From Lingula anatina (Eukaryota; Animalia; Brachiopoda): a stretch of DNA of 64,000 bases. The translations under genes were made by a program, and so were the position numbers. The notes under the pieces were generated by a model. The model saw only the letters and a program-made list of their open reading frames with translations. It was not told the DNA's origin and did not search any database. The stretch is from positions 4,402,001 through 4,466,000 of the forward strand of contig CM120649.1 in assembly GCA_051362555.1 (NCBI GenBank), read 5' to 3'. Positions 13,143 through 27,364 of the stretch are shown piece after piece. Numbering within the stretch: position 1 is the stretch's first letter; every line of letters begins with the position of its first letter.

Positions 13143-16100
13143 TAAAATGATCATGTACTCATGTACCTGGTATGTGGATGCTAAATATTGTCGAGGTGAA
13201 CATTTAACGTATCAAGTAAAACTGTAGTTATAACTAAGCAATGTAAAGTTTTACATATGAGTAATACATCATATGAAAGTGCCAAATATCTTTATGCTAT
13301 CTTAAGTGTTTAACATACCAAAGAAAATATCCAATATGGTGTGAAGGATGCGGAGGTCAGAAAGCGACTCCTTGACGTCGTCATCACTTTCAGCTGTCAG
13401 CTCCTCTTTCAGCAGCAAAAGGTGGTCAGTGATGTCTCTGGCCTCATCTTGAACGTGAAAAAGTTATCCTAGACTGGGTTCCCATCCCAAGATCGATCTA
13501 ACAAAATCGCTCTATCTTATCGGGGTTTCTCGCTAAACTGCTTTCAGCTTTAGTGGCTTAGATGTCTGGTACTCTTGTTAAAACTGCTAAACGATATTTA
13601 ATTACCCCCTATCAGCTTCAGTAAGGGTGACAGACATCTAAGCCGCTATAGTTAATTGCAATTAAGCGAGAATCCCCTTGGTACGATAGGGTCTGGGAAT
13701 GGTCTCTTATATACAACTATCTATCGGTTGAATGAACTTAATTTTCAACTGAAACAGATTTGTTGGAAAAAAAGGGAATATTAAATATGCGTATGTAAAG
13801 ACGGTAAATCTTACACTATCATTCATCTTTTCTTAATCAATTTTCAAAACATCAACTCTGATCATCATCTTCTTTACATACAAAAATTTACAAACCCAAA
13901 TTTAACGATCTTTTGTGTCCTTCCAATTTGACTTTCTGAAAATCAATCAGTCCCTGCAAAAGCCGTTTCGCCGATAGGGATGATGGGATAGGGGCATGCT
14001 TCAAAACGGGGATGACGTCAGAAGGAATGATACTGCCATATACCTTTTCCATGCTTTCGTCCAAGGTGCTCTTCAACCAAACGAACTCCGGTTCGTTTAT
14101 TTTGTAACTTAAATGACCATGGGGTATATACATGAAACTTGACCTCGAAATATAAAACAACTACTACGAGGTACAAATAATAAGTAAAATCAGAGTGGAC
14201 GACATTCATACGGTTCATGTTTTAATCGATATTCCGCTAACCCCTGTACAAAGACGTACAAACGGCTTATGTTCGGGTAGATATGTGATATAAGCAGTCC
14301 TGATTACTATTACTTTTCAAGGGTATATGTAGTTTTAAGTTGCCATAGATTAACCTACACTTTCCCATAAGCCATTCTGCAGACAATGTTGAAAATGAGT
14401 AACCGCATGTAGACATGCATGTCAAAAGGCTCGGTCTCCTTCTCAATCAAGGCGGCGATTTCATCAAAAGCAGACCTCGTGAACATTTCTAATTTATCAC
14501 TAGCTACGTAGGTCCTGAATATGAAAAAAGAATATCATAGATAACCCTAAGACCCATAGTTCGTTCATTTACAACTGGAAATATTTACAGTTCAGCCCAG
14601 AAATAATGAGACGTTACCAAAAGTATTGTTTAAGAACTTAACTGGTTACTTTCTATGAAAGTTTTGTATTACAATGTATGTTTGCTCATTGCGTTATCAA
14701 CAGACAATAGTTTATCATTTCATTACAGCATGGGGTGTTATCACCTGTCTAAACAGACTGTGACCACAAAGTTGCCTGCTCTAATACCCTTTAATTATCA
14801 CTGTTAACTAAATAGTTACTTTTGGTACATGTAACAAAAGGTAGCAAACAGAAAACAATCTGGAGCGTTCTTTCAGAGCTCAACTGAAAGCGAGTTAAAA
14901 TCTATTAAGAACATTATTAAACTGGCTAATTTGTGTCACCAATAGAATTCGATCAAAGTACCTGAATGCCTTCAACGCCATCTGCTTTTGTAGTCTCCAC
15001 ACGGGCCCATAGTCACTGAAAATTAAATCTCTCTTTCTTCCGCTGAATAGCTCATCTGGCAATATGATAAACATCATTTCATCAATAGAGAGGAAAATGC
15101 AGAAACCTGTACGTATAGACTGACGTGAGACATTATTCATATTATCATACCCAAACACTGGGCGTTTTGAATAAAAATGTATATCTATGGCTTTAAATTA
15201 AAAGGGCCGGCTTCTGAATATACGTAATTACATCCCTTCCCTCAGAATTTCTCAAAACCACCCTTATTAAACGCGTTTTGAATATGCATCTACGTGATTT
15301 ACATGTAACTTAAATTAAGAAAGGACAGAAGGTGGAAAATCAAGTAAAATATTCTTAGATGCATTTGTGCATATGTGAACTAAGTGCTGTTTCCCTTAAC
15401 TGTTGTATGTTTTCAAAATAGCTGAAATGCAGTTTCTACTCAAATGATACCTTAAGTTATAGGTTTGAAATTGAACTGTGAAATTAAAAGTACGTTATTG
15501 TTCACTCATTCTGTTATTCGATTTGAAATTTAAAATAATAATGCTCGGTTTGTGAGAAACCATTCGAAATGTCACTATGGAAAAGATCTTTTCTCCGATA
15601 TCAAATTTCAATGAATAACACGACCAGTTTTGAACAGAACACTTACGGCAACAAAAGCTCTGTTAACTCCCAACCTGCAAACCTTTATTTATACTGTTTA
15701 AACATGTCAAAAGTGGACTCAGTATTTTAAAATTGATGTATTTTGTGCAACGTACCCTTTTATTTAAAGACACATAAACAATATCAATAGATTGCAAAAT
15801 AAAGCATGTGTACAATGAGATCAATATAACTGATACATACACTTCCAAGTCAAAACGCCTCTTCCTGCGAATGTTTCTTTCTTCTCAACTAAAGCCTCGT
15901 GCACAATATCTGCAGATTTTAAAATCACGACCGTGTGCCAAAAACCTGGAAATTTAATAATGCAGAAAGTATAAAGTCCATATGCTTCCAAACTGTGCAA
16001 GTCAATGTTAACCCTATAAGCACCTAAAAAAAAAAAAAAAAAACAATGAAAATGTAAAACCACGCCATGTTAAATAACGCACTAAGCAGAAACTGATATA

Positions 16101-17116
16101 CATTGTTTTTAAAAATCAAATATATCGACCATAAATGCCCAGCCTAATCAATTTTGGTCGATATATGTACTTAAAATACTTAAAATCCATTCGCGGTTTA
16201 CTTTAATGTATATCCTTTGGAATTTCTATTGAGGCTATGAAAAATGTGTTAGGGTTTTCATTACTTCAGCAGCTTTAATGTGTCACACATATCATATGTG
16301 AAATGTAATAGGATGTAGATGAGTTTCTGTTAGAAAGCGTAGTATATTTTAATGCTGATCAACATTTTGGTCAAGAATTGTTTCAAAGAAATCATGGTGT
16401 TTTACTGTGATTTGTTCAAAATTATCTACTTTTAAATAAGGCAAAGGGAGAAGACAGGTTCTTCGAGGTCTCACACTGAAAATCTTCTCTGGAAACAGAG
16501 CAAAATCAAATCTAAAATCCATTAAAAATGTCCAGCAGACCTTACGAAGTCTTACTGTGAAGATTTCCCAATTGCCACCTCACCCTGGTGCTAGAAAACC
16601 ATAAAGCTTAAACCATTAAGCATAGTATCTTAATGTATTACATGGTGGCACAAACGCAACAATAAACGCCTTATTCTATTTACCTAGATCAACACTGAAA
16701 AGGTCACCAAATGATTTTCCGAGTTTTGAGAACACAGAATACAGTCGGCCATCATTTCTGAATGCTGAAATAAGATACGCAAATTTTATTAAAACATAAA
16801 CATTTAAGTACATCAAAACGTGCTCAGTTTGATACGCAGATTTTATTAAAATATTAACATTCAATCACATCATACATGATCAACCAAAACATCATATTTT
16901 AGACACGAAAAATGTCCCAATGTTTAACTTTTTCTGGAAGTAATGGTTTACAAAAAAGCTCTCACCAAAGTAACTCCCCAGTATTGGCAGCTGTGGAGGT
17001 CCTGGTGGCAGTTTGTACTTCTTCCTCTGTAGATATGACATCACCAACAGAAATGTGGTGATCCCGACAACAAAAGTCTTCACAGTGAGTAAACTAATTA
17101 TAGCGTCAATATCCAT
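11411..17116 (-). CDS. Cytochrome P450, clan 2 (CYP17-like), gene 2; 11 coding exons, 504 aa
   Basis: Exons 17116-16966, 16764-16684, 15945-15841, 15055-14962, 14514-14359, 14107-13896, 13447-13319, 12935-12834, 12652-12518, 12240-12017, 11536-11411 (1515 nt). PPGPP hinge, [37 protein letters not shown]. Confidence 0.96.
13104..13141. repeat. (AAT)n microsatellite
   Basis: Perfect run in gene 2 intron 7. Confidence 0.93.
13470..13710. mobile_element. Fold-back (palindromic) MITE in gene 2 intron 6
   Basis: Inverted arms GGGGTTTCTCGCTAAACTGC...TAGTGGCTTAGATGTCTG versus CAGACATCTAAGCCGCTATAG...GCAATTAAGCGAGAATCCCC, with TTCCCA / TGGGAA near the ends. Confidence 0.65.
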
Positions 17117-18830
17117 TGTCCTCAATCTGCAAAAAAAAAAAAAAAAAAAAAAAGATATATTTAACCTTAAATCTGTTTCACAAAAGAAATCTTTTCTGAC
17201 ATAAGACAAACCATTATAGTATCAATCATTCCAGTTTAATAAAAAAGTAATCGGTAATTTTTCAGGCCAATTAATATTAAATTCATTTCAGTGAATGCTT
17301 GTACTAAATTACATCAAACGCTTGGCTTACAATTTTATCCCAAATTAAGAAAAAGGCGTTTTTAGGACAGACTAATACATTTAAATGGTTGATATTGGGA
17401 GCCATTTTAATGACAACATATCCAAATCATTGCATCTTCAGATTGTTCAAAACAACAACATGTCCATTGTTATGCGGAACCCTTATATACAAAGAAATGA
17501 CAGCGTAATGATAGCGCTTCTCTCTCAAAATTTGATCCGACGTTAAAATGGGTAACGAGACATTCAATTATCTCTGCCAGCAAAGGAGGTCATGTAAATC
17601 ATTGGTGTTGGTTTGTTTGTTAACAACACATCTAAAACTTTATGCACAAATTTTGATGACATTTTTCTAGAAATTCACTGAAATGAAAAACAAGCATTTA
17701 CCATTTCAACTTAACCTGGGTCTCCTAATTTTTTTCATAGGCACTTTAATTTATTATACTTACATTTCATGTCAGCAACTTTAATTTGGTATTCTTTATG
17801 CTTATAGCGGAAGGCTGCAAATCGGGGTGGATACAATGTAACAAAGGAAACATAAAGCTTTGACCTTGATATAAGCAAGGGCATTACGTGTGGAAAAGAG
17901 AAAACATGTCTTACAAATCACCATGAATCTTTAAAGCTGACAATACTTAATACCAATAACAGTACAACAAAGAACAAGTTCATGAAATCTATATTAATAA
18001 TATATCTCAACTATTTACGAGAGGTCTACCAGCTGTTACAAATAAAAAAAGAAAGAAAGAAAGAACAATAAAATACACCTGCGTTACAAATATGACGTTT
18101 TTACCTCTTAAACAAGAAGTATATACAAGAAATATAGGTTACCGGCAAATAAATGGCAAGAACGGTTGATGTCATAGCGGAACGTGGTCTACGTCGCGCA
18201 CCCCCAAGCTCCAGGGAGAACTTGAAACAAACCTCTACACTATAGCATTCCTTTGTCGTTTCAAGTTACTCAGGGTTACTTGGCGTTACTCCGACGACGT
18301 TTTTGTCGTTCACCTGCACATACAACTGGGTAAAGACGAAATCGACACTGTCTGACAATCTGTATGACTGTGTAACGCTCTATTTCAGCCTTCGAAACAG
18401 TTTAGAAAGAACTGTATTTGTAAGACACATTAATTCAGCGGCACCCTAAAGTGCTGAAGGTGAAACGCTGAAGCTGTTCACGCAAATGTATATATTTTCA
18501 TTACAAATGTGAAATTTGGATATATTAATCAGGACATATGACAAATATATTTTTATTAGATACCCTGTTTTCTATAGTTAATTTATCCGATGAAAGTGTT
18601 CATTGAGCATACAGTGTAATAGCTTTTTTTGCGTGGGGTGGGGGTGCCTCGGGGATTATTCAAATATATTATTATTTAAAATTTTGACATTTTTTGCATT
18701 ATTTTATCTTTATATACACATATAGCATATGTATGTGTGTTTGTGAGTTATACTTACAAATATAGAGAAGTATATTATTGACAGCATTCATATTATTATC
18801 TTGTAAATCATTTACCACCCTCAAATAAAT

Positions 18831-18849
18831 GGGGGGGGGGGGGGGGGGG
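18831..18849. repeat. poly-G tract
   Basis: 19 consecutive G. Confidence 0.9.
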
Positions 18850-18947
18850 TATAAGCAGAAAAGTTGATAACTTCTTTCTTTGCGCAGTATGTTGTACGAT
18901 GCGTGTTGGCGTTAAAGTGAAACCTTCTTTGTGCGGTTACTGACCTG

Positions 18948-19685
18948 GGCCCGGTTCAATAAAGGCTGGATAGGCTATCCATGGTATTAATCTTTAATCC
19001 TCTGGATAGTTATCCTCTGTATAATTTTGTGTTTCTCAAAGGCTGGATAAACAGTGTGATGGTAATCCAGCGGATAAAAATTTATCCAAAACCATATTTG
19101 AAAAAGACATTCCCTTAATGCAGTTTGTTGCAATAAACATTGCAAAAGCCATGATAGTTGCTAACAAAAAATTATCTATACCATATTTGGAAAATAAATA
19201 ACCCAAAATAAACAATATAAGTATATTTCAAGATAGAATATCCATTAAAATAATGGGAATAATATCTACGGGACATTTTAGTGTCAGTGTTAAGACAGAC
19301 CACATTGCATTAGTTGTGCCTCATGAAATGTTTACAATTTGCAGTGGAAGGGCAAGGTCGTGACATACTTTCTAACAAAACGGCTGACTAGACATGGTTG
19401 GCAGATTCTGGGGATAGCAATGTATATTTTTTCGTACATTTAAAAGTATGCTTTAGTAAAACAAGATAATTGGTCTCTCACGGAGATTGCATGGATTCTG
19501 TTGGTCACGATAAAAACTATCATATAATCTAATGATTCAGCATCACTCAGAGCATCAAAAACAAACGCACCTCTTCAAAAATTCTCTCTCTTATCATACT
19601 ACGCCTGTGACATCTCATAGGATTTGCTGCCAAACCAAGCAGGTTAGCCATTTGTGATTATTTAACAGCAAGATAGCACATATGT
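18948..19685 (-). mobile_element. PIF/Harbinger transposon relic (one end plus decayed transposase N-terminus)
   Basis: End CTG|GGCCCGGTT...GCTGGATA..CTATCCA with subterminal GGATA repeats. Frameshifted minus-strand peptides IRERIF / FDALSDAE / ICQP..VSRFVRKVCHDLA resemble the N-terminal region of HARBI1-type transposases. Confidence 0.55.
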
Positions 19686-19689
19686 TTTA

Positions 19690-19915
19690 AAACGACCTTT
19701 TCTTACCCCTTCTGTTCCCACTTGCCAGTCTTAATATGTATGGCGCAATATGGCTGCCCCTGCAATACATGACCTAAATTGCACAGTAGCAACGTACGTG
19801 TTGGTATTTTAATTGTCGAACCGGTTTCAAAACTTAAAAATAGTTACTGCATAAAGTGTTGGAAATGCTGCTTATATAAATGATAAAAGAGGCATTGCGG
19901 TATATTGTAAGCACA
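19690..19915. repeat. Block B, copy 2 (partial), upstream of gene 2
   Basis: GCCAGTCTTAATATGTATGGCGCAATATGGCTGC...ATGACCTAAATTGCACA (19769-19785). Confidence 0.85.
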
Positions 19916-20600
19916 CGTTAAGTGCTCAGTGGCGACCCTTAGGTTACATGCATAATAAGAAGCAATTCTAATTTCATTTGAAAAGCACATGCCAAAAACT
20001 GTGCATATGCTGGCAATGAAATATCCAAATAATATATTTACCATTCACACTTTTGTGGATTTTTGGTAATTTATGGTAATTTTTAATTATGGTCCTAATC
20101 ATTTTTTCTCGATTTCAGTTTTGATCATGCTCAACATTATAAGTCGAGTAGCAAGAACGACAACCCTGAAATAATTTTTCTGTTAACTTCTTTTCATGAA
20201 ATGCATCCTTCCGGCCGAAATGAGAAAGATTAGTTTGGCTGCTTCCGAGCATGTTTTAAAATGGCCATATATCTACAAAAAAAAAAAAAAAAAAAAAGCT
20301 TTATTGTATTTTAATATTTGAGCTACTTGTATAACATCTAAAACATAGTACCATTAACGGAAAATTTCAATATCGTTACACCCAACAGTGCTTAATGCTA
20401 TGCAAATATAACTATACATGTATAATTATTGAATTTGTTTTCTTTTCATTTCTACAACATTCTGTTATGGTCTGCCTACTTCCGAAAGGTAAACAATGCT
20501 TTGTTTAATGCGGGCATCTACGCCTCTTGATCCACGAAATATATTTGAATACCAGTCCAAATATTGCTTGAGTCATTTAAAAACACTTTCATGTAAATTG

Positions 20601-23600
20601 TCATTCTCTTTTTTGTACAATTATCTTTTGAGGAAAGGGAGTGTCATGTATTTCAAACATCATAGGCTCGAAGTCAGGTTGCACATCTGGTGGAAAGCTA
20701 ACCCTAAACCGACGAAAAAACAATGCCTGGAAAAGAAACTTATCACTATTTATACCTGCACATGTACGTATTGTACATGCAAATGTAAGTAGTGCACACA
20801 CGATATTCGTTAATATGAATAAAATCTAATATTCACTAAGGCTATCTGACATATTTAAAAGAAAACAATCAAAACAAAGCAACACGTACCATAATCATCC
20901 CGATTTCTGCCCTAGCAAGTGCTTCTCCCACACATTTCCTCTTGCCACGGCCGAACGGCAGCCATGTCTTTTTATCCAATTTTTTCAAGCTGCCATCTTT
21001 GTCCAGAAACCTCTCTGGCATGAACGTCTCCGGCGATTCCCAGTTTTTCGGGTCATGGTGGATTTCCCATATGTTGGGATAGACAAGAGTGTCTTTTGGG
21101 ATATCGTATCCACCTAAATGATGATGAATAAAAAGGTGTAGCGTCATACCAACGGTGCATTGCTAACAACATAATACTGACTTAACATGAACATTATAAT
21201 TAATTTTCAGATTGCCATTTAATGAAAAATTGATACACGAGAAAAAGTAGGTAGTATATGTAAGCAAAAGCTGAAATTGCTGTGGAATTCATATTCCTGC
21301 AATCGGTGGTCCTTAAACTTAATATTATCGACTGTCTTTGTTGGATGGGGAACATTAATTATATATTGATAATGATAGATAATTCAATAACCTTTTATAA
21401 GTTTTATATACGAGCAAGACAAATTGATATCTTACCTAATTTGGTATCACAGCGTGTTTTATGTCTTAAAGCAACTGGGGCCCCAGGGCGTATGCGCATT
21501 ACTTCTCTTAGAACAGCTTCGCAGTAAGTCATCTTAGTTCTGCAGTGACGGAGATCGCCCAAATTGTTTTCTGTTTGGCATATGTCAAACAAAAAAGTTA
21601 TAATAATAAAAGGACATAAACATAATGACTATAAACACTAATAGTGGAGACCTCATTCTGATGCTCGTTTTCTAGAACGGTGATACATATACACGTATTT
21701 TACCCATAAGATACACATGTAACTGTAACTAAAAAAGACAAGAAATAAGTTTTTACAATGTACCTAAGTCGTCTAACTCCTTGTGAATCTTTGTCTGGAC
21801 TTTTGGATTATCTGCTACGTACATTACCATCCAATTCAACGTGTCGGATGTAGTCACGGTTGCAGCTACGGGAGTAAAAGTTCCATATTGAAGATCGCAC
21901 ACCAACACTTGGTGTGCTTTGTACAGAAACATATATTTCTTTCCCATAAAATCTACCACATGTTTGATAAAAAAGTAATAAGAAGCGTCGAAATAAAATT
22001 ACCAGTGGTGTACATCATTCTTCCTCCTTGTAATGTTGGTTAAAAGTGGAGGATTGAAAATCCATAGTATGCCCTTTACCTCTGAATCTGTGAAATTTAA
22101 TTTATCGTACTCTTTCAGAAATGTTGAATCGCTCAAATTTTGTTAACTATCTAGAGACCCGTGTGATATCAGGAGCCGAAGTGATATTACGATTCCTTTT
22201 TAGTAAAAGAAAGAACATCAACTGAGTCGTCTAAAATACCTTCACATGTAAAAGCAACTGCAGTTATATTTGCGAGTATGGTGATGTGATACCTTATCCA
22301 TACCTTATCTATATCACCAGAAATACTGTATAAAGAGTGCAGGTGTATTATCTTAGAAATTAACCCTACCAAAATTTATGTCCAATAAGGTGAGCATGAT
22401 TCTAGTGTCAGAAAGCGCCTCCTTGGCGTTGTCATCGCTTTCAGGTGTCAGCTCCTCCTTCAGTAGCAAAAATTGGTCCATTATGTCTCTTGCGTCACCT
22501 TTGAAATAAATGATCAAAATGTAGTGATCATAATTTAATGTCTACTTATTTTCAATAGAACTATTTATTACAAATTTATTACAAATTATATAGTACATTT
22601 ATAAACATAGTTGCTTACTGGCAAATGTTCATTTCAGTAATATTAAATTCAACGGAATACAGACTTTTTGTAAATTAATATTTTCTAAACAGGACACGAA
22701 CCCGTGTTTAAAGTTGCCTTGTGTTCTTCCAGTTTAACCTTGAAGAAGCCATCCAGTTCCTTCGAAAGTCGCTTTGCCGTGAGGGATGATGGGATAGGAA
22801 AATGTTTCAAGGCAGGGATGACGTCAGAGGGGATTAGTCCTCCCAAGACCTTTTCATTAAATTCGCCAATTTTGTTCTTTAACCAGGTGAATTCCAGACC
22901 GTCAATTGCGTAGCTAAAAAATGTCACATTTCATTTCTGAGTTTCGAACGATATTAAGTGTAACAGATATTTAATATTTTCTATACAAAGATTAGTCAAT
23001 GGATATCATAGTTGGATAAATGCACAACACATTGATAGTTATGTATATTAATACATTCTTCTATATATCAAATCTTATATTTTTTCTAACAACCCCTCGT
23101 GTATTATAACTCTAGTTGTAAGTACCTATTTGGAATTTAATGGTATTTTTTTCTTTGACCATTAAGTAACAGATTTCTGAATAAATATTGATAATGGTAC
23201 ATAAATGAATTAGATTTCGGTTTTCCGATTACATATTATGGATAAGTCATTTAAATAGCGCAGGTTTTGAAAAAGAAACTTTCGTTCTACCTAATTCGAT
23301 CCCTGAATGCAGACAAAACAAATTCACACACCCCTTCTTGAACTTACAAGTGTAATGATCAGTTTTTTCCTGTAATTCTGCTCATCACTAGGAGGATGCG
23401 TATTAACCTGTGTATCTGGATGCTTTCAGTTAGAAAACCCCACAGAGTTAGATCGATTTAAGAAGAATAATAGATTCATTGGGAATGAACCCATAGAAAG
23501 AAAATCAATTGGTTTCCCACAATCCAATGAAAAACGTTACAAAAAGACCGAGTGCGTATCAACCTTATAAATTCAACAGTTATACACCTTTTTCCAAACG

Positions 23601-25869
23601 ACATCCTGCAGACGATGTTAAAGACAAGTAACCGGATGTAAAGGTCTAATTCAAACGGCTCGGCCTCCTTTTCAATCAAGGCGGCGACTTCCTCAAAAGC
23701 AGACCTCGTGTATGTTTCCAGTTTATCACTCGCCAGGTAGCTCCTAAATGACGAAAAGAATGATAACCCTATGTGACTATATCTAATGTTTTCATGTGTA
23801 ATTTACCCTAAGACTGTAATAAACTGGGTCTTCTTGACCCAAAAACAACTCTGTGACTTTCTGTCAACATACATGTATTTAACCGTTCCGCATGAAGTCT
23901 CCCTTGTATTCCTCATACTTGATTTATAACTGGTATTTCATAACATACATGACACACAAACAATAAATACTAAAACGACTAAGGGATAAAAGGTTTTCCG
24001 ACCGCGTTTTCCTGTAAATAGGGTCAGTTTTGATTCTGCAATACATATCTTGCACATCAATCTATATGGGACAATATTGAAAAATATCGTGTGTCTGGAT
24101 TTAGAATCAGTATAGCGGCACCGTTCTATTTGATAAATAATTTGGTGCTAGCATCTGTCAACTTATAGGGTATTATACGGTGATTTATTCACCTTTTCCA
24201 ATCAAACAATGCCTGTAACGCAATAATAAGGTCAACGTACCCGAGAGCCCTCAGAGTCATCTGTCTCTGCAGTCTCCAAACTGGACCATAGCTGGCGAAA
24301 GTTAAATCTTTGAACCCGTCAGTGAGAAGCTCAACTTGGTCAATAGAAGTGCAGGGGTTAATGAGATGAAACAAACAGTAGTCATCAGTTAAAACTCATT
24401 TAAATATATATTTTCCCAAAGCACAGCTGGTGACTTTGAAGACATACAAATTACACTTTTTTTAATTCGTTGCTTTGCTTATGAGTTTGATGTGGGAACT
24501 GTACATCATCATCACCTTCTGTCTATTATATATATGTACATATGATTAGCAGTGAGGCATGGAGTACGTACACTATTTTATTATATATTTATTATATTCG
24601 ATAAAAAAATGCTACTCACACTTCCAGCTCTCATCATCTCTCCCCGCAAATATCTCTTTCTTCTCAACCAAGGCCTCATGAACAATCTCCGCAGATTTTA
24701 AAACAACTAACGAGCGCCCAAATCCTGTGAAGGCAAATCATGTTTAATTGTTAGATTTTCTAGCCTTCTGAAATAGATTGCAGATAGAACATGATCATAA
24801 ACTAAAAACATTCTTACTGAATTAACATATTCTAACACTGACAACTAATTCGAATGTTGAAATGTTAAAAAGAAGCATTCTACTTAAACTATAAAACATT
24901 GTTTAGATATGATAAGTTAATTGTCGAAATAAATTTATACCTAAATTAACCGTAAAAATGTCATCAAAGGACTTCCCGAGCTTATTGAAGACGGCGTACA
25001 GTCGACCATCGTTTCTGAAAGCTGAAATGGTACCCGCATTTACGAATACAAGACTTTTTTTCAAATTTGAGCCCGTGACTTGGGCTTGCATTTCTTCAAT
25101 GTTTTCAGACCTTTCAAGAAAAATGCCAATATCCTAGAAAGCCATACATATATGTTGTTGAAAGAAAAACGTCGGTGAATATAAAACAGTTTCGACAGTT
25201 TCAATATCTTTAAAATAATACTCACAACCACAGGGTGATATTTTTTCCTGAAAACTTCCGGCCATTACCCATAGCCAAAACATTCACTTTAGCGGGAGTT
25301 GGAAAACTTCTCTCGAAAAGAAGAGCTTTCACAATACTGAGTTATGAGCAACATTTTTTACATAAAAAAAACAATTAATAAAAAAGAAGTCAGCAATGTG
25401 ACAGTTAAGATTTTACGAACAATCTTCCGAATAATGTACGTGTACGATATAAACTCTTTTTATAGGGACAGATCATGCACCTCGGTTTACTGACGATAGC
25501 GGTATATGTGTCGGATGTTTATATAAAACAGTGGCGATAAAGATTTTGCTTACAAGTAGGGGAGGTTGAGTATAAAAACTGCTTCGCTTTGGCTGTCGAA
25601 AAAAAAAAAAAAAACATAAATAGTAGACAAAGGAAATTTCTTAAATTGAGTACAGTAAAGATGCGTGAAATACATATTGCCTGATTTAGTCCCGGTTTGT
25701 TAAGTACACGTTTTTATAACATTTGATTCTATTAATATTTAATTAGAAAGGAAGTGGGTGTGGGAAGGGGGATGCGGTGAAACTAAGGAGGGGATATCCA
25801 GCTTAATTCGATGTATGTCTTCCCTAGATCTGTCATTTCTAAAAGTTTTAAAATGCTATTTGGTCAAAT

Positions 25870-25906
<37 letters not shown>

Positions 25907-26760
25907 CTTTGCTTGGTGTCACGTAATCGGTCCGTTCTGACCGTGAACCATCCATCCTGACCGACTGTACACGCAGCGAATGCGCATATGAACCGTTCCG
26001 TGAATGATCCGTTGTTATTCACCTTAGCATTGATGTGGCTTGTTCGGTTCTCACCTCATTATATATTTATATATTTATATATTTACAATAGTGGGGATAT
26101 TTCTACGTAAAATCCATATCTTAATACAAAATTTGTAATTGATAATTTTGGTAGAGAATCAGCGTCAAATTACAGTTCGACGCTCGGATGAACCTGTGGA
26201 TGAACTGTGGACGGGCCGTCGTTATTCAGCCGTTGACCCACTACATGTATTATTGTCTTGAATTTACTTGGCTATATAATTGTGTGTTGATATGGCCACC
26301 TGAGAGAAATTGCAGCAGAGGCGAACAACTATACGATATGAATATTTCTAAAGCTTATGTTTGAACGTGCAGTATATTCTCAACAGTGTATGTCTATTAC
26401 AGTCGATAGAGACGAACTGTGCACGCCAGAAGTCTCTCAGATTTGCCTGCGCTTTGTGCGCATGAGCAGAACGGATGGTTCACGCTCCGAACGATTCATG
26501 CCACACCTGAACTCCTTTAATCGGTATTTTCAAACCCTCTAAGATTTGATGTATTCTTTACTTTTCCCCATTTACTTGTGCATTTGTCAGATTTTTAAAT
26601 ATATCTCACCAAAGTAGTGCCCCAGTATCGGCAGATGAGGAGGTCCTGGCGGCATTTTGTACTGCTTCCGCTGTAGATATGACATCACCAACAGAAATGC
26701 TATGATTCCAACCAAGGCAGTTTTCACAGGAAGCCAATTAATTATAGCTGTATCCATCAT
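20601..26760 (-). CDS. Cytochrome P450, clan 2 (CYP17-like), gene 3; 11 coding exons, 504 aa
   Basis: Exons 26760-26610, 25021-24941, 24724-24620, 24334-24241, 23743-23588, 22913-22702, 22498-22370, 21865-21764, 21570-21436, 21113-20890, 20726-20601 (1515 nt). WRLQR, DINFAATVTTSDTL, EVMR, PERF, FGRGKRKCVG. Confidence 0.96.
25872..25903. repeat. (CT)n microsatellite
   Basis: In gene 3 intron 1; homologous CT runs occur near 45707-45739 and 61633-61648. Confidence 0.9.
25917..26505. mobile_element. MITE (TGT...ACA ends) in gene 3 intron 1
   Basis: Imperfect TIRs containing CGTGAACCATCC / GGATGGTTCACG; absent at the homologous positions in genes 4 (about 45750) and 5 (about 61652). Confidence 0.7.
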
Positions 26761-27364
26761 CCTAAAAGCGTACATGTAAACTGTATAGTTGCCATCTTAA
26801 TTAAATCTGGTAAAAGCATGTTCCTTAAAACTGTAATTATACCTTCTGTGGAGACATATTTCATTATTTCAAAAAATAATTTTAAGAATAATATTTTATC
26901 CTACTTCTAACCAAAGTAAATCAAGTGTAGTCCCAATACACGAAACATTAATTTACAAACCAATACTTCTTTAATTAAATATTAAAGTAAAGGACTTTTC
27001 TCGCACATGAACAGATGTAGGGTACATTTGTCATCTTTAAAAGTTGTTTTAAAGTCGGTAAAAGTTGTTACTACTGTCTACCCTGTACAAGCACCAATGC
27101 TTTGGTAGCGAAGGATTTCCTTAGGCTTTCAACCATGGCCTGGTCATATTCATGGTTGCACAAAGGAAATCATATTGAGCCAGTTTGACTGGCGGTGAAA
27201 AACACATTGCAGCGCATGCCCGTTTGCAAAATAGTCAGCATGTGACCACCGAGACTGTATAACCTGCACTGTATAAGAAAGAAGCCGTAGTCTAGTCACG
27301 TACATCAACTGTAAACGGCCTATTAAATTACGTCTTATTAAGGTTATAGCGCCCGTCAAATTTG

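Noticed and set aside
18900-18965. Possible tRNA/SINE A- and B-box-like sequence
   Set aside because: No cloverleaf; the GGTTCAA belongs to the end of the Harbinger relic.
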